A stretch of DNA of 41,669 bases from Phycisphaerales bacterium (GTDB lineage: Bacteria > Planctomycetota > Phycisphaerae > Sedimentisphaerales > Anaerobacaceae). Position 1 is the first letter of the stretch. Every line of letters begins with the position of its first letter. Both the position numbers and the translations under genes were made by a program. Positions 1 to 8,014 of the stretch are shown here, piece after piece. The stretch covers positions 1 to 41,669 of the forward strand of contig JBDKUU010000806.1 in the NCBI GenBank assembly GCA_039679525.1, given 5' to 3'. The notes under the pieces were generated by a model that was not told the DNA's origin, searched no databases, and worked only from the letters and a program-made list of their open reading frames with translations.

Positions 1-501
1 GTGTTCGATGAGCGGATACTTTCTGACTCTGGATCGACTCGGTTTCTTGCACGCCTTGATCCGCCGCGTCTCGTCCGCACTCAAACCTACCCAATTGATG
101 TATCGCGACAGGCCCATAGACCGCAGAAAACGCCTGCATGGCTTCTGCTTCCATTCCGAGTTACACCATGTGCGCAGCTTGACAATCGGGCCATTGTCCC
201 GCTTCCGAAAGGCGGGGATTCGGATCAGACCCTTGTGATCCACACACGAGAGATCGGCCCCATATTCCCTCGACGACACGACATGCAGCGTGACCCCTGC
301 ATCAGCCAATCGATCCCACAGAACATTGCGGACATACTGCATCGTGCGGGTGCTCTCATAGCCACAATCCATCATCACGGCGACATCGGGTTTTGGGAGT
401 AGACCTTGACACACCATCAGGGCGATTGCGGTGCTGTCAACCCCGCCACCGCAGGCAAAGACGATCTCCGATGGCAGCGTTATGGATTCCCTCCGCCTCA
501 T
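1..501 (-). CDS. PP-loop ATP-pyrophosphatase / PAPS-reductase-like protein, N-terminal part; the ORF runs off the left edge
   Basis: Own minus-strand translation from ATG (501-499): MRRRESITLPSEIVFACGGGVDSTAIALMV...RTWCNSEWKQKPCRRFL...; open to position 1. It has an SGGxDS-type PP-loop (ACGGGVDST). It is absent from the ORF track because no stop falls in the window. Confidence 0.6.
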   Translation of the reverse strand, partial: MRRRESITLPSEIVFACGGGVDSTAIALMVCQGLLPKPDVAVMMDCGYESTRTMQYVRNVLWDRLADAGVTLHVVSSREYGADLSCVDHKGLIRIPAFRKRDNGPIVKLRTWCNSEWKQKPCRRFLRSMGLSRYINWVGLSADETRRIKACKKPSRSRVRKYPLIEH

Positions 502-608
502 CGCAGACAATTGATTACTGCATCTCCTCGAACAGAATCGCGTCTTCCGGCGCCTCGTCTCAAAGAGACCGTGAGGCCTGGGACATGCGGTATTTTCACA
601 TATGGACA

Positions 609-1010
609 TCATCCTCGACGTGTCCTCCCATGCCGCTTCTCGTGGCATGGGCGACAGACCAGACGGAGGTTGCTTGGATCGTCCATGCCTTGTGGTTTGG
701 GAACGATGTGATCTACCACCCAATCGCCTCGGACTTGGCCACAATGGCTTCCGCAGAGCGTGCACGTCCCTCCATCCCGCCTGTAGACCATGCCACGCAG
801 ACCCCCGTAGCCTCGCCGCTTCCTCGCTCCAACCCACCGCTTGCCACCGTATCCGCGGCGGTAGGAGTTGGGGCGGGCCAGCAGCTCATAGCTGGTAGCC
901 GAGCCGATCGTACTGCTGGGCCGATACGTGATCGCTGCCATTGGCATGCGATCAGCATCACTCCACACAGCGGCCAGCCAAACCCCCCAGTTTACGTATC
1001 CGTAAACCAC
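609..1010 (-). CDS. HNH homing-type endonuclease (phage packaging-associated type)
   Basis: CTLCG...DHIVPKPQG...NLRLVCRPCHEKRH is a classic HNH/zinc motif. Its position near the presumed packaging end matches HK97-like phages. Confidence 0.85.
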   Translation of the reverse strand: MVYGYVNWGVWLAAVWSDADRMPMAAITYRPSSTIGSATSYELLARPNSYRRGYGGKRWVGARKRRGYGGLRGMVYRRDGGTCTLCGSHCGQVRGDWVVDHIVPKPQGMDDPSNLRLVCRPCHEKRHGRTRRG

Positions 1011-1125
1011 TCAGCAAAATAGCAGCGACCGCTCCGCCAGCCACCACAGGCACAGACCGATGGCGTCCGACATATCGCCACCCGGGTCTTCCCCCATGTG
1101 CCGTGCGTAATCAGGCACCTCGCAG

Positions 1126-1329
1126 TCACACCCGCCATCCAAGCACCTTATACGTCAGCCCGCATTTCCGACACCGCCGATACTGGAACGGCGGCTGGGT
1201 CGAGACCTGCTCCGTGTCCAGCGATCCGCACAGACAGCGGCTCTTCGTCGGGAACGCCCACTGCGGCGGCTCCTGCAATGGGGCCTTATCCTTGGGCACC
1301 GGACTCTCATCGTCGTCACGTCGATCCAT
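1126..1329 (-). CDS. Small zinc-ribbon protein (Ogr/Delta-like arrangement?)
   Basis: Internal ATG at 1329 gives MDRRDDDESP...RCLCGSLDTEQ...YRRCRKCGLTYKVLGWRV with CxCG...CxxCG. The upstream part of the 131-aa ORF is repeat-array translation. Confidence 0.4.
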   Translation of the reverse strand: MDRRDDDESPVPKDKAPLQEPPQWAFPTKSRCLCGSLDTEQVSTQPPFQYRRCRKCGLTYKVLGWRV

Positions 1330-1363
1330 CTGCCTGCTCCACGATCCGTCAACCAAACTACAG

Positions 1364-1414
1364 GTGGGCCCGCGTGCCGGAATCGAACCATCCTGTCCCA
1401 AACCACGAGCCCAC
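1364..1414 (-). other. tRNA-like acceptor/T-arm minihelix (about 51 nt); not a complete tRNA
   Basis: Minus strand reads GTGGGCT-CGTG...GGTTCGATTCC...CACG-C-GGCCCAC. There is a 7-bp acceptor-like stem and a GGTTCGATTCC T-loop consensus, but no D arm or anticodon arm. Confidence 0.25.
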
Positions 1415-1628
1415 CTTAGCCTTGCCTGCGTTGCCTTGCCCAGCCCCGCCCTGCCAAGCCTCGCCAGGCCGCGCCCGGCCACGCCTGGCCCGGCCCAGCC
1501 TGCGTTGACGTGCCCGACCAAGCCCGACCACGCCGGACCCTGCCTCGCCCAGCCGCGCCATGCCTGCGTTGCCTTGCCTCGCCAGGCCTCGCCGGGCCAA
1601 GCCCGGCCCGGCCCTGCCGGGCCTGCCT
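1415..1628. repeat. Pentanucleotide array (GCCNN)n, left copy
   Basis: About 40 consecutive 5-nt units, such as GCCTT GCCCA GCCCC GCCCT GCCAA GCCTC GCCAG. The punctuation 'CCTGCGTTG(C/A)C' occurs at 1425, 1499 and 1563. All six frames are open and give Ala/Arg/Pro/Gly-rich translations. Confidence 0.85.
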
Positions 1629-1630
1629 AA

Positions 1631-2161
1631 TCACGTCAGCATGGCTTCGAGTCCCTCCCGGATGGCCTTGAGTTCGTCGATATCCGTCACGGACCGGCAC
1701 CAGCCACGGAGCACGGAGAGCTTCCGCTCCACGAGCGACTTGCGGGCCTCTTCATCCGCCAGGACGTCGGACCGCTCGCGGAACCCGGCCTCCGAAAAGG
1801 CAGGCAGCCAGCGGCGCACCTGGACGGAGGACGAGGCGCCGGCTATGGCCTTCTGCGTCTTCCCTTTGCCCCGGCGCTCGACGAGCGAGCAGACGTACTT
1901 CGTCCCGATGATCATGGCCACGGCCTGCGTCAACCGGAACTTGCGGGCCGCCTCCGAGTCATCCCATTCGAAGAACTCATGCAGCGGATGGCTCTCGTCG
2001 GCAGCCTCCGTCACCACGTCCGCCGCCGTGATCGTGCCCTTGCGGCTGACGATCTCGGCCAGTGACTGCTCGATGACCACCGTCTTTCTCTTGCGCACTA
2101 CCTGACTCTCGGATCGCGAGAGATACTGCAATACCTGGTCGGCCATGATGTCACTCTTCAT
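1631..2161 (-). CDS. Conserved phage protein of unknown function
   Basis: The ORF reads like a real protein (HPLHEFFEWDDSEAARKFRLTQAVAMII...). Start is uncertain (2194, 2161 or 2146). It overlaps or abuts the stop of the upstream gene at 2151. Confidence 0.55.
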   Translation of the reverse strand: MKSDIMADQVLQYLSRSESQVVRKRKTVVIEQSLAEIVSRKGTITAADVVTEAADESHPLHEFFEWDDSEAARKFRLTQAVAMIIGTKYVCSLVERRGKGKTQKAIAGASSSVQVRRWLPAFSEAGFRERSDVLADEEARKSLVERKLSVLRGWCRSVTDIDELKAIREGLEAMLT

Positions 2162-2891
2162 CCTTTCCGCCTGCGATCTTCTGCAGGATTTCATCGGATA
2201 GTTCCACGTTCATCGCCCAGTCGGGGATCATCAGGGCCTTCACCGGCGGCCGGCATCGTTTGCGAACTGCCGCAATCTCCTTGGCGTCCGCGATGCTCCG
2301 GCTGACGATGAACGTGCCGTAATTTCCATCCTTCTCCGGCCGCCATTCCCCAATGCCCACCTTGCCCGCCCGATTGAGCAGATCGACCACCGTCTCGGGC
2401 GGCATGGACTCCGGGAAGGAGATCACCATCGCCGCCTTCCAGTCCTCGAAGCTCGGCCGGAATCTAACGTCGGGCACGCGACCCATGCCAGACGTGCGAA
2501 CCATGTCCATCCGCGGGACCATCCGGGAGAACGTGATCGGGACCGATCCCCCCTCGATGAAGAGACTCGACCGCAACGCCGTCTTCTTGAGCCCTTTGAC
2601 CGACGTCGAGGCGGTCAACATCGCCTTCTTGAACGCCGTCGGCGGGATACAGATCTCGTCCACCGTGTTGCGGATGATCGCCCGGTCGACGCACTCCGAA
2701 GGGACCTTCTTCTCCCGCTGCGTGGGCAGGCCCATGTGCTTGCGGAGCATCTCCTCGATGGCCTTCTGACTGAAGCAATTCTGGATCATGGGGGCAGTGC
2801 CCTCCACCTCCAGGCACAAAATGAGTTCCCGTGGCTGCTCGATAATCACACTGGCTGAAGTTTTCTTCGACATACCGTTCCTTCCGTTCAT
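2151..2891 (-). CDS. Conserved phage protein of unknown function
   Basis: A 246-aa ORF with balanced composition (…FRPSFEDWKAAMVISFPES…GIGEWRPEKDGNYGTFIV…). No family recognised with certainty. Confidence 0.55.
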   Translation of the reverse strand: MNGRNGMSKKTSASVIIEQPRELILCLEVEGTAPMIQNCFSQKAIEEMLRKHMGLPTQREKKVPSECVDRAIIRNTVDEICIPPTAFKKAMLTASTSVKGLKKTALRSSLFIEGGSVPITFSRMVPRMDMVRTSGMGRVPDVRFRPSFEDWKAAMVISFPESMPPETVVDLLNRAGKVGIGEWRPEKDGNYGTFIVSRSIADAKEIAAVRKRCRPPVKALMIPDWAMNVELSDEILQKIAGGKDEE

Positions 2892-2959
2892 CGTTGCGTT
2901 TCACTGCATGTCACTCGATCATCGCTTCTATCGTCCGTCGCCTCCTTTCTCGGCAAAAC

Positions 2960-3445
2960 TCCAATGTCGCCAAACCTGCGTTGCCCAGCCGTGCCACGCC
3001 CAGCCCCGCCACGCCGCGCCGTGCCTGCCTTGCCTTGCCTCGCCTGCGTTGCCTTGCCTCGCCGCGCCGCGCCAGGCCTCGCCAAGCCGTGCCGCGCCGC
3101 GCCGTGCCTGCCTTGCCTTGCCTGGCCGGGCCCGGCCATGCCGAGCCGAGCCATGCCGTGCCCAGCCTGCGTTGCCCTGCCCGGCCATGCCGAGCCTCGC
3201 CATGCCTTGCCCCGCAACGCCTGGCCGCGCCGCGCCGCGCCGAGCCGCGCCGCGCCAAGCCGCGCCGGGCCCTGCCTCGCCGGTCCACGCCTGCGTTGCC
3301 TTGTCCAGCCGTGCCGTGCCGAGCCAGGCCGTGCCCCGCCACGCCTCGCCGTGCCTCGCCTCGCCTGGCCAGGCCCAGCCTGCGTTGCCCTGCCCGGCCA
3401 TGCCTCGCCTTGCCTCGCCGTGCTATGCCGTGCCTTGCCCATTGT
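2960..3445. repeat. Pentanucleotide array (GCCNN)n, right copy
   Basis: About 90 consecutive NNGCC units in the same orientation as the left array. 'CCTGCGTTGCC' punctuation occurs at 2975, 3043, 3166, 3290 and 3379. Several overlapping stop-free ORFs lie on both strands. Confidence 0.85.
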
Positions 3446-3809
3446 CTTCAACATCCTCAGTCCTGTACCTCGGCGTCCAGCGATCACAGCCTCCGGCCAC
3501 GCGCGGCGAGCAGCCGAGGACGCATTGCGTCCGCTCCAACAAGCCGATCTCCAACTCCTCATGCAGGCAGAATCCACAGACGGCCGGCAACTGCCGCGGA
3601 CCACGGGCCATGCCTTTCTCCTGCTCTTCCCGAAAGGCCGCCAGCCGGGCCCGCATCGTCCCCTCGTCGAGCGGTTTCACCGCACCGGGCACAGGGCCAC
3701 GAGGCTTGCCGATGCGATGGGGATTGTGGAGGCAGTAGTGCCTGCGGTTGTACGCCCGCTTGCGGGCTTTGCGTCCTTGTTCCTCAGTGGTCACGGCTGC
3801 CCCCCGCAC
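3423..3809 (-). CDS. Hypothetical small basic protein
   Basis: ORF includes RKRAYNRRHYCLHNPHRIGKPRG...CGFCLHEE. Its C-terminal codons run into the pentamer array, and it overlaps the upstream gene end by 19 nt. Confidence 0.4.
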   Translation of the reverse strand: MRGAAVTTEEQGRKARKRAYNRRHYCLHNPHRIGKPRGPVPGAVKPLDEGTMRARLAAFREEQEKGMARGPRQLPAVCGFCLHEELEIGLLERTQCVLGCSPRVAGGCDRWTPRYRTEDVEDNGQGTA

Positions 3810-4249
3810 AGACTCGGAGGCCGATTCGTCCGCGTCCGGATCGCTATAGTCCCCGTCCGCACCGCGATGCCGTCCGTCGCCGACACGGTCTCGTAGTGCC
3901 AGCCATCCGACGTGTAACTCACCGTGAACTGCCAGAGCCCGTTCGGATCGACGGCCAACTCCGTCAGACCTGCACCCTCCTGCCGCCAGACCTTCAACTC
4001 CTGCGGCAGGGCGTTCGGCTCCTCGTTATCCGGATCGCAGACCCGGCCGTCGACGAGGATCATCTGACCCGTCCAGCCCGCCAGTCGCTTGAAGACCAGC
4101 TTCTCACCGCTCGCCGGGTCCGTCGCGACCCGATTCGGATCGAGGTCGTCGAGCGAGAGGAACGGCTGCTCGGGACACACCGCAAAGACCATCGGCGCCA
4201 CAACTACCAATACACACATCGCCATCATCCATCGATTCATCGTTTTCAC
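3791..4249 (-). CDS. Secreted protein with a signal peptide, function unknown
   Basis: N-terminus MKTMNRWMMAMCVLVVVAPMVFAVCPE is a hydrophobic signal-like segment. Confidence 0.55.
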   Translation of the reverse strand: MKTMNRWMMAMCVLVVVAPMVFAVCPEQPFLSLDDLDPNRVATDPASGEKLVFKRLAGWTGQMILVDGRVCDPDNEEPNALPQELKVWRQEGAGLTELAVDPNGLWQFTVSYTSDGWHYETVSATDGIAVRTGTIAIRTRTNRPPSLCGGQP

Positions 4250-4316
4250 CCTTCAAAAAGCCGCATGTCCCGTCCTGCCTCCCGTCTCCATGTGCCCCCC
4301 TGCCCGGGGGCCTGCG

Positions 4317-4529
4317 TCAGCCGTCCGCCGTCCATTGCTTCATCAGAAGCGGATACCGCAGCGTGTCATTGATCTGAACCGCGTCCGGGGCAGCGGACGC
4401 GGCCTGGTCTGTCACGGGCCAGTAGAGTTTTACCCACAGGTATGCTCTGATCCACGTGCACCACGTCCAACCATACACGGCCCCGAGCAGTTCATCTATC
4501 GCTGTGATTTGGAGCATGGACGCCGCCAT
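4317..4529 (-). CDS. Hypothetical protein, possibly the frameshifted continuation of the PnuC-like ORF
   Basis: Trp-rich hydrophobic ORF overlapping the 3' end of 4496..4729 in another frame. Confidence 0.3.
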   Translation of the reverse strand: MAASMLQITAIDELLGAVYGWTWCTWIRAYLWVKLYWPVTDQAASAAPDAVQINDTLRYPLLMKQWTADG

Positions 4530-4729
4530 CGCAACCAGCCCTCAATACTCAACACGATGAACACGACGTCACGAACTGCCAACGACCACAGGCCCGCATG
4601 GGCATACAGGCCACAGCAGAGGCTATTCGACACCAGCCACACGGGGAAACACCAGATCAGCCTGCGGTTGTTCAAAAGCACACCCACGATGGCCAACACT
4701 CCTGCGATACCACCGATCCATTCAGTCAT
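4496..4729 (-). CDS. Small membrane protein resembling the N-terminal half of PnuC-type transporters
   Basis: MTEWIGGIAGVLAIVGVLLNNRRLIWCFPVWLVSN...SIEGWLRW has two or three TM segments with a PnuC-like pattern (recalled from memory). Confidence 0.4.
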   Translation of the reverse strand: MTEWIGGIAGVLAIVGVLLNNRRLIWCFPVWLVSNSLCCGLYAHAGLWSLAVRDVVFIVLSIEGWLRWRRPCSKSQR

Positions 4730-6012
4730 CCCGTAGCACTCCTATGCGCCCGCTTCCTGTCGCGGATCTCATTCTGCATCGTCCGCTCCAGGTACGCCTG
4801 GGGCGAATCGCACCGCTGCTGCCCCGACCTGATCCGACCGGCGATCCGCAGGACCTTCGCACGCACCCGCGACATCCCGATCTCCGTCAGCTCGCAGCGG
4901 CATTGCTCCCAGAGCTTCGCCCAGTGGGCGACCTCGTTGACGTACTCACCCCGGTCACAGGTCGCGTACCCGGCCGCCGCACAGACCTGCTCCCCGAACG
5001 CATTCGCCTCGGCACTGTACCTGTGCCCCTGGGCCGCCAGGATGTCGGCCAACCGCACCCGGCTCGGCTCAGGCCGGATATCCGAGACGGGGAGGGCTTT
5101 CGGACCAGGATCACCGCCAGGCCTGTCCTGGGGGCTGCCTGGACCCTCCCCGCCGTCGGGACTCGTCGAGGGGGTCGGGGATCTCGGGATCGGGGTTTGC
5201 CCGATGGCGGTTACGTGACCGCATTGCGTGCATTGCATCGCCTTGCCCCCCCAGCCCTTGGCCGCCTTTCGGGGATTGCCGACGTGGCCGCATTGCGGGC
5301 ACGTCAGGCTTTGCGGGCCTTGGCCCGTTTGTCCGACGGCGCAAGCCGGCGGACCTTGGGCCGCACGAAGTGCGTCGAGGTCTTCGGACCTTCGATCTTC
5401 GATCTTTGCTTGCGCAGCAAGCCTTCTCGATTGCTTCGACTTAAAGGGCGGACCCTCGTTTTGACCCCGTAAAGGCCGTTTTCCACCCCCTTTTCCTACC
5501 CCCGGACCCCATCGTGACATTGGGGATTGTGGAGGCGATTTCTGAGAATGTTTTCCGACTACTATTTCCGGAATATCGTCGCACGAGTCCGGCGAAGGCT
5601 CTTCGACTCGCTCCAGGATGCCGACCGCTTCAAGGCGGTTGAGCAGGACGCTTGCACGCTTGGCCTTCACGCGCAGCAATCCGGCCACATCCGATGCCGT
5701 CATCGGCACTTTCGACCCGGTCACGAGAAGCCCTTGATATTCCAACCCCTGGTTCGTCGCGACCGTGAGAAGCTCCACGACCGCACCGACGAGCCACACA
5801 TAATCCGGATACGCGCGGAGGCGGTTCATCGAGACGAGCCACTCGGCCCCCGCCCCCTTCCACGCATTCACATACCACTTGAGATACTGATGCATCTCCA
5901 CGTTCGGCGGCATTCTCTCCGCCCCGAACCGCTCCGCGTAGCCGACGAACCGCCAGACTTTGACCCCTCTGGTCCCTGTGTCTGAATCGGATTGCCGCCT
6001 GGCCTTAGTCAT
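4726..6012 (-). CDS. Replisome-organiser-like (winged-helix, DnaD-like) replication protein with a central zinc ribbon
   Basis: Start chosen at MTKARRQ (ATG 6012) to couple with the upstream ORF. The N-terminal region YLKWYVNAWKG...MTASDVAGLLRVKAKRASVLLNRLEAVGILERV looks like Phage_rep_org_N. It also has CPQCGH...CTQCGH. Confidence 0.4.
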   Translation of the reverse strand: MTKARRQSDSDTGTRGVKVWRFVGYAERFGAERMPPNVEMHQYLKWYVNAWKGAGAEWLVSMNRLRAYPDYVWLVGAVVELLTVATNQGLEYQGLLVTGSKVPMTASDVAGLLRVKAKRASVLLNRLEAVGILERVEEPSPDSCDDIPEIVVGKHSQKSPPQSPMSRWGPGVGKGGGKRPLRGQNEGPPFKSKQSRRLAAQAKIEDRRSEDLDALRAAQGPPACAVGQTGQGPQSLTCPQCGHVGNPRKAAKGWGGKAMQCTQCGHVTAIGQTPIPRSPTPSTSPDGGEGPGSPQDRPGGDPGPKALPVSDIRPEPSRVRLADILAAQGHRYSAEANAFGEQVCAAAGYATCDRGEYVNEVAHWAKLWEQCRCELTEIGMSRVRAKVLRIAGRIRSGQQRCDSPQAYLERTMQNEIRDRKRAHRSATG

Positions 6013-6199
6013 GTTTCCGCCGCTTCCGCGCTGCATAACACGACCCATGGGCGAACCCGTCAGATAAATCGCCCATGACGCTTTCCCATTCTTCGGCTGG
6101 CACGAATTGTGGGGAACAGTCACCGGGAGGCGTACAGAAGCACGGGACCACGCATTCATCCGGCGCAACTCTTTTATGACAGAGAACGCAAGTTTCCAT
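6005..6199 (-). CDS. Small Cys-rich protein
   Basis: A 64-aa ORF with CVLCHK...CVVPCFC. Its stop overlaps the ATG at 6012 by 8 nt. Confidence 0.4.
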   Translation of the reverse strand: METCVLCHKRVAPDECVVPCFCTPPGDCSPQFVPAEEWESVMGDLSDGFAHGSCYAARKRRKHD

Positions 6200-6212
6200 A
6201 CCTTGAACTCCT

Positions 6213-6275
6213 ATTTCTAAATCTGAACCGCTTTCTAAATCCGAACCGATCCGCGTAGCCGACGAACCGCCAGAC
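6213..6275. repeat. Tandem 18/19-bp iteron-like repeat plus a duplicated 33-bp segment
   Basis: ATTTCTAAATCTGAACCGC / TTTCTAAATCCGAACCGAT is followed by CCGCGTAGCCGACGAACCGCCAGAC. The latter recurs inside the replication gene at 5925..5958. Confidence 0.7.
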
Positions 6276-6313
6276 GTTGCGTGGGAGTGTTGAAGCGTTG
6301 GAGCGTGGATGCG

Positions 6314-7030
6314 TCATAGAACCGTCCCCCGTGACCCGTCGCTCGTGGCCCGTTCGTTGCTGCTGTCGAACAAACCCAACTGGCCCGCCCTGGCCTCTGT
6401 GCGGGCCTCCCTGCCCTGGAACTGCCGGACAATGTGCCACGAATCATTGCGCACAAACGAGGCCGAGTCTACACTGTCTGCTTCCATTGCAGCAGCGCGA
6501 TCCAAAGCCCGTAGTGTGCCGCACCGCCCGATATGGCACTTCATGCCGTGGTCGTGGGCCACCTTTACCCACATAGCAGCCGTCTCCCACTTCCACTCCA
6601 CCGTACCACCGACAAACAGATGGGTGAATGTTCCGTCGAGGACGGCACTACGGACCGCGTTCTCCATCATGCCGTCCTGTACCGCCAAAGCCAGCCGTGG
6701 AGCCGTGGACAGCGACTCAGACGCATATCGCAAGGAAAATCGCAACGAATCACAACCACGCGCCACAATATCCGGGCAGACAATGAAGTCCAGACTCAGA
6801 TCAAGCACATAGCATTTGCGAAGGGTCCCAAGGAAAAACTCCTCCATGAACGGGAAACCCCGCCGCCAACACTGGAATGCCCCATTATCCAAGGCGCAAG
6901 GAATGCCTCGATACATCTTGCTCGGGGTTCGGTTGGGACTCGATGCGATCATTATGCCAATACCCAAGTCGCGTACAATCTGAACCTTGTCTCCGCCTGG
7001 GTTGCTGGTATAGATCCTCATTCTACCCAC
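6314..7030 (-). CDS. TGT-fold / DpdA-like DNA (7-deazaguanine) transglycosylase candidate
   Basis: ALDNGAF near the N-terminus, LFVGGT, and HIGRCGT...ADSVDSASFVRN near the C-terminus resemble DpdA/archaeosine-TGT strand motifs (from memory). Size is 238 aa. Confidence 0.45.
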   Translation of the reverse strand: MGRMRIYTSNPGGDKVQIVRDLGIGIMIASSPNRTPSKMYRGIPCALDNGAFQCWRRGFPFMEEFFLGTLRKCYVLDLSLDFIVCPDIVARGCDSLRFSLRYASESLSTAPRLALAVQDGMMENAVRSAVLDGTFTHLFVGGTVEWKWETAAMWVKVAHDHGMKCHIGRCGTLRALDRAAAMEADSVDSASFVRNDSWHIVRQFQGREARTEARAGQLGLFDSSNERATSDGSRGTVL

Positions 7031-7118
7031 CCCCGCATGACCTCCAGGCAGTCTCCTTCGATGATCGTATTGACAGGCAATCCGTTGCTCACTTCACAGT
7101 CCTATTGGCGTTAGGCCG

Positions 7119-7166
7119 ATCTGCGTTCATCCGCGTCCATCTGCGGTTCCATCCTCTGTGCCTACA
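7119..7166. repeat. Intergenic mini-repeat of the GTTCATC(C/T)GC family plus a CTCTGTG remnant
   Basis: ATCTGCGTTCATCCGCGTCCATCTGCGGTTCCATCCTCTGTGCC. Confidence 0.7.
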
Positions 7167-7995
7167 TCTTCCGATTGCTGCCGGGACACCGCTTGTCCCG
7201 CTCGCCGCTCTTGCCCGTGAAGATCATGCCGTCCGTGTCGTGCGGCATGAGGCCCTTGGCACTCACCGGGATCGCGTGCCCGCAGTCCGGGCATGCAACG
7301 CGGGGGCGGCTGCCCTGCCGCGGCGACTTCGCCTGTGGCATGGATGCAGCCGGTGGGTGACGGAAGACATGCTGATTGCACACATTCGCCATGCCGACCA
7401 CCATATCCCTCTTCGGGCTGCTCAAGCAGCGGCACAGGTTCGATGCCGCCCTGTGCATGCACGTCTCACAGGTCCGCCTTTGCGCGGGCTGAGGACCCGC
7501 AGGAGCTGGGGGGCACGGCGGTAGTTTGCTGCGAAGTGCCTCCTGCTCCTGTGCCAGATCCCCGATCATCGGCTCCGGGGATGGAGTCGCGCCGGCCGCC
7601 TGGTCGAACGGACTGGCGAGGTCCACGATGATCGAGCCGTCGATCCACCGCTCGGCCTCGTAGCTCACCGGCTCCTTCGGGATCAGGCCAAGATCCTTGA
7701 ACCCGCCCACCGTCCCCACCCGGGCACTTACGCCCTGGCCCTTGCCCGGCATCATCATCTTGAGCGAGCCGTTCACGGCACCGGCGGACGGCATCAGCCG
7801 CAGGATGCGGACCTGATCGTGATGCTCGATCCGCAGGTACGGCTTGTCCTTCGGGATCTCCCGCGTCAGTTCCGCACTGATCGTCAGATTGCCCACCGGC
7901 GTGATCGTGACGAACCGGCCCTTGATCGACCGCCCGCCCTTGCCGCGGTTCGGGTACAGCGTCCAGCCATCCTCGGGAATCGTGATCTGCCTCAT
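7162..7995 (-). CDS. Hypothetical protein with a C-terminal Cys-rich region
   Basis: A 277-aa ORF with CETCMH...CRC...CNQH...CPDCGH. No family recognised. Confidence 0.5.
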   Translation of the reverse strand: MRQITIPEDGWTLYPNRGKGGRSIKGRFVTITPVGNLTISAELTREIPKDKPYLRIEHHDQVRILRLMPSAGAVNGSLKMMMPGKGQGVSARVGTVGGFKDLGLIPKEPVSYEAERWIDGSIIVDLASPFDQAAGATPSPEPMIGDLAQEQEALRSKLPPCPPAPAGPQPAQRRTCETCMHRAASNLCRCLSSPKRDMVVGMANVCNQHVFRHPPAASMPQAKSPRQGSRPRVACPDCGHAIPVSAKGLMPHDTDGMIFTGKSGERDKRCPGSNRKM

Positions 7996-8014
7996 ACGGT
8001 CAGTCCTTTCGGCT

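Noticed and set aside
1358-1700. ORFs of 80-229 aa over the left pentamer array
   Set aside because: They are the same stop-free repeat artefact. Only the zinc-ribbon part downstream of ATG 1329 looks like a real protein.
1415-3445. CRISPR array interpretation of the repeat-rich regions, and likewise of the intergenic mini-repeats
   Set aside because: The units are 5 nt (or 7-10 nt) and contiguous. There is no 25-40-nt repeat alternating with unique spacers, and no cas genes are present.
2788-4372. Long plus-strand ORFs (316, 492 and 310 aa) and minus-strand ORFs (238, 157 and 143 aa) across the right pentamer array
   Set aside because: They are Ala/Arg/Pro/Gly-rich and mutually overlapping in all frames. 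They exist only because (GCCNN)n lacks stop codons. The 5-nt period and the +1 register shifts at each CCTGCGTTGCC are incompatible with a conserved reading frame.
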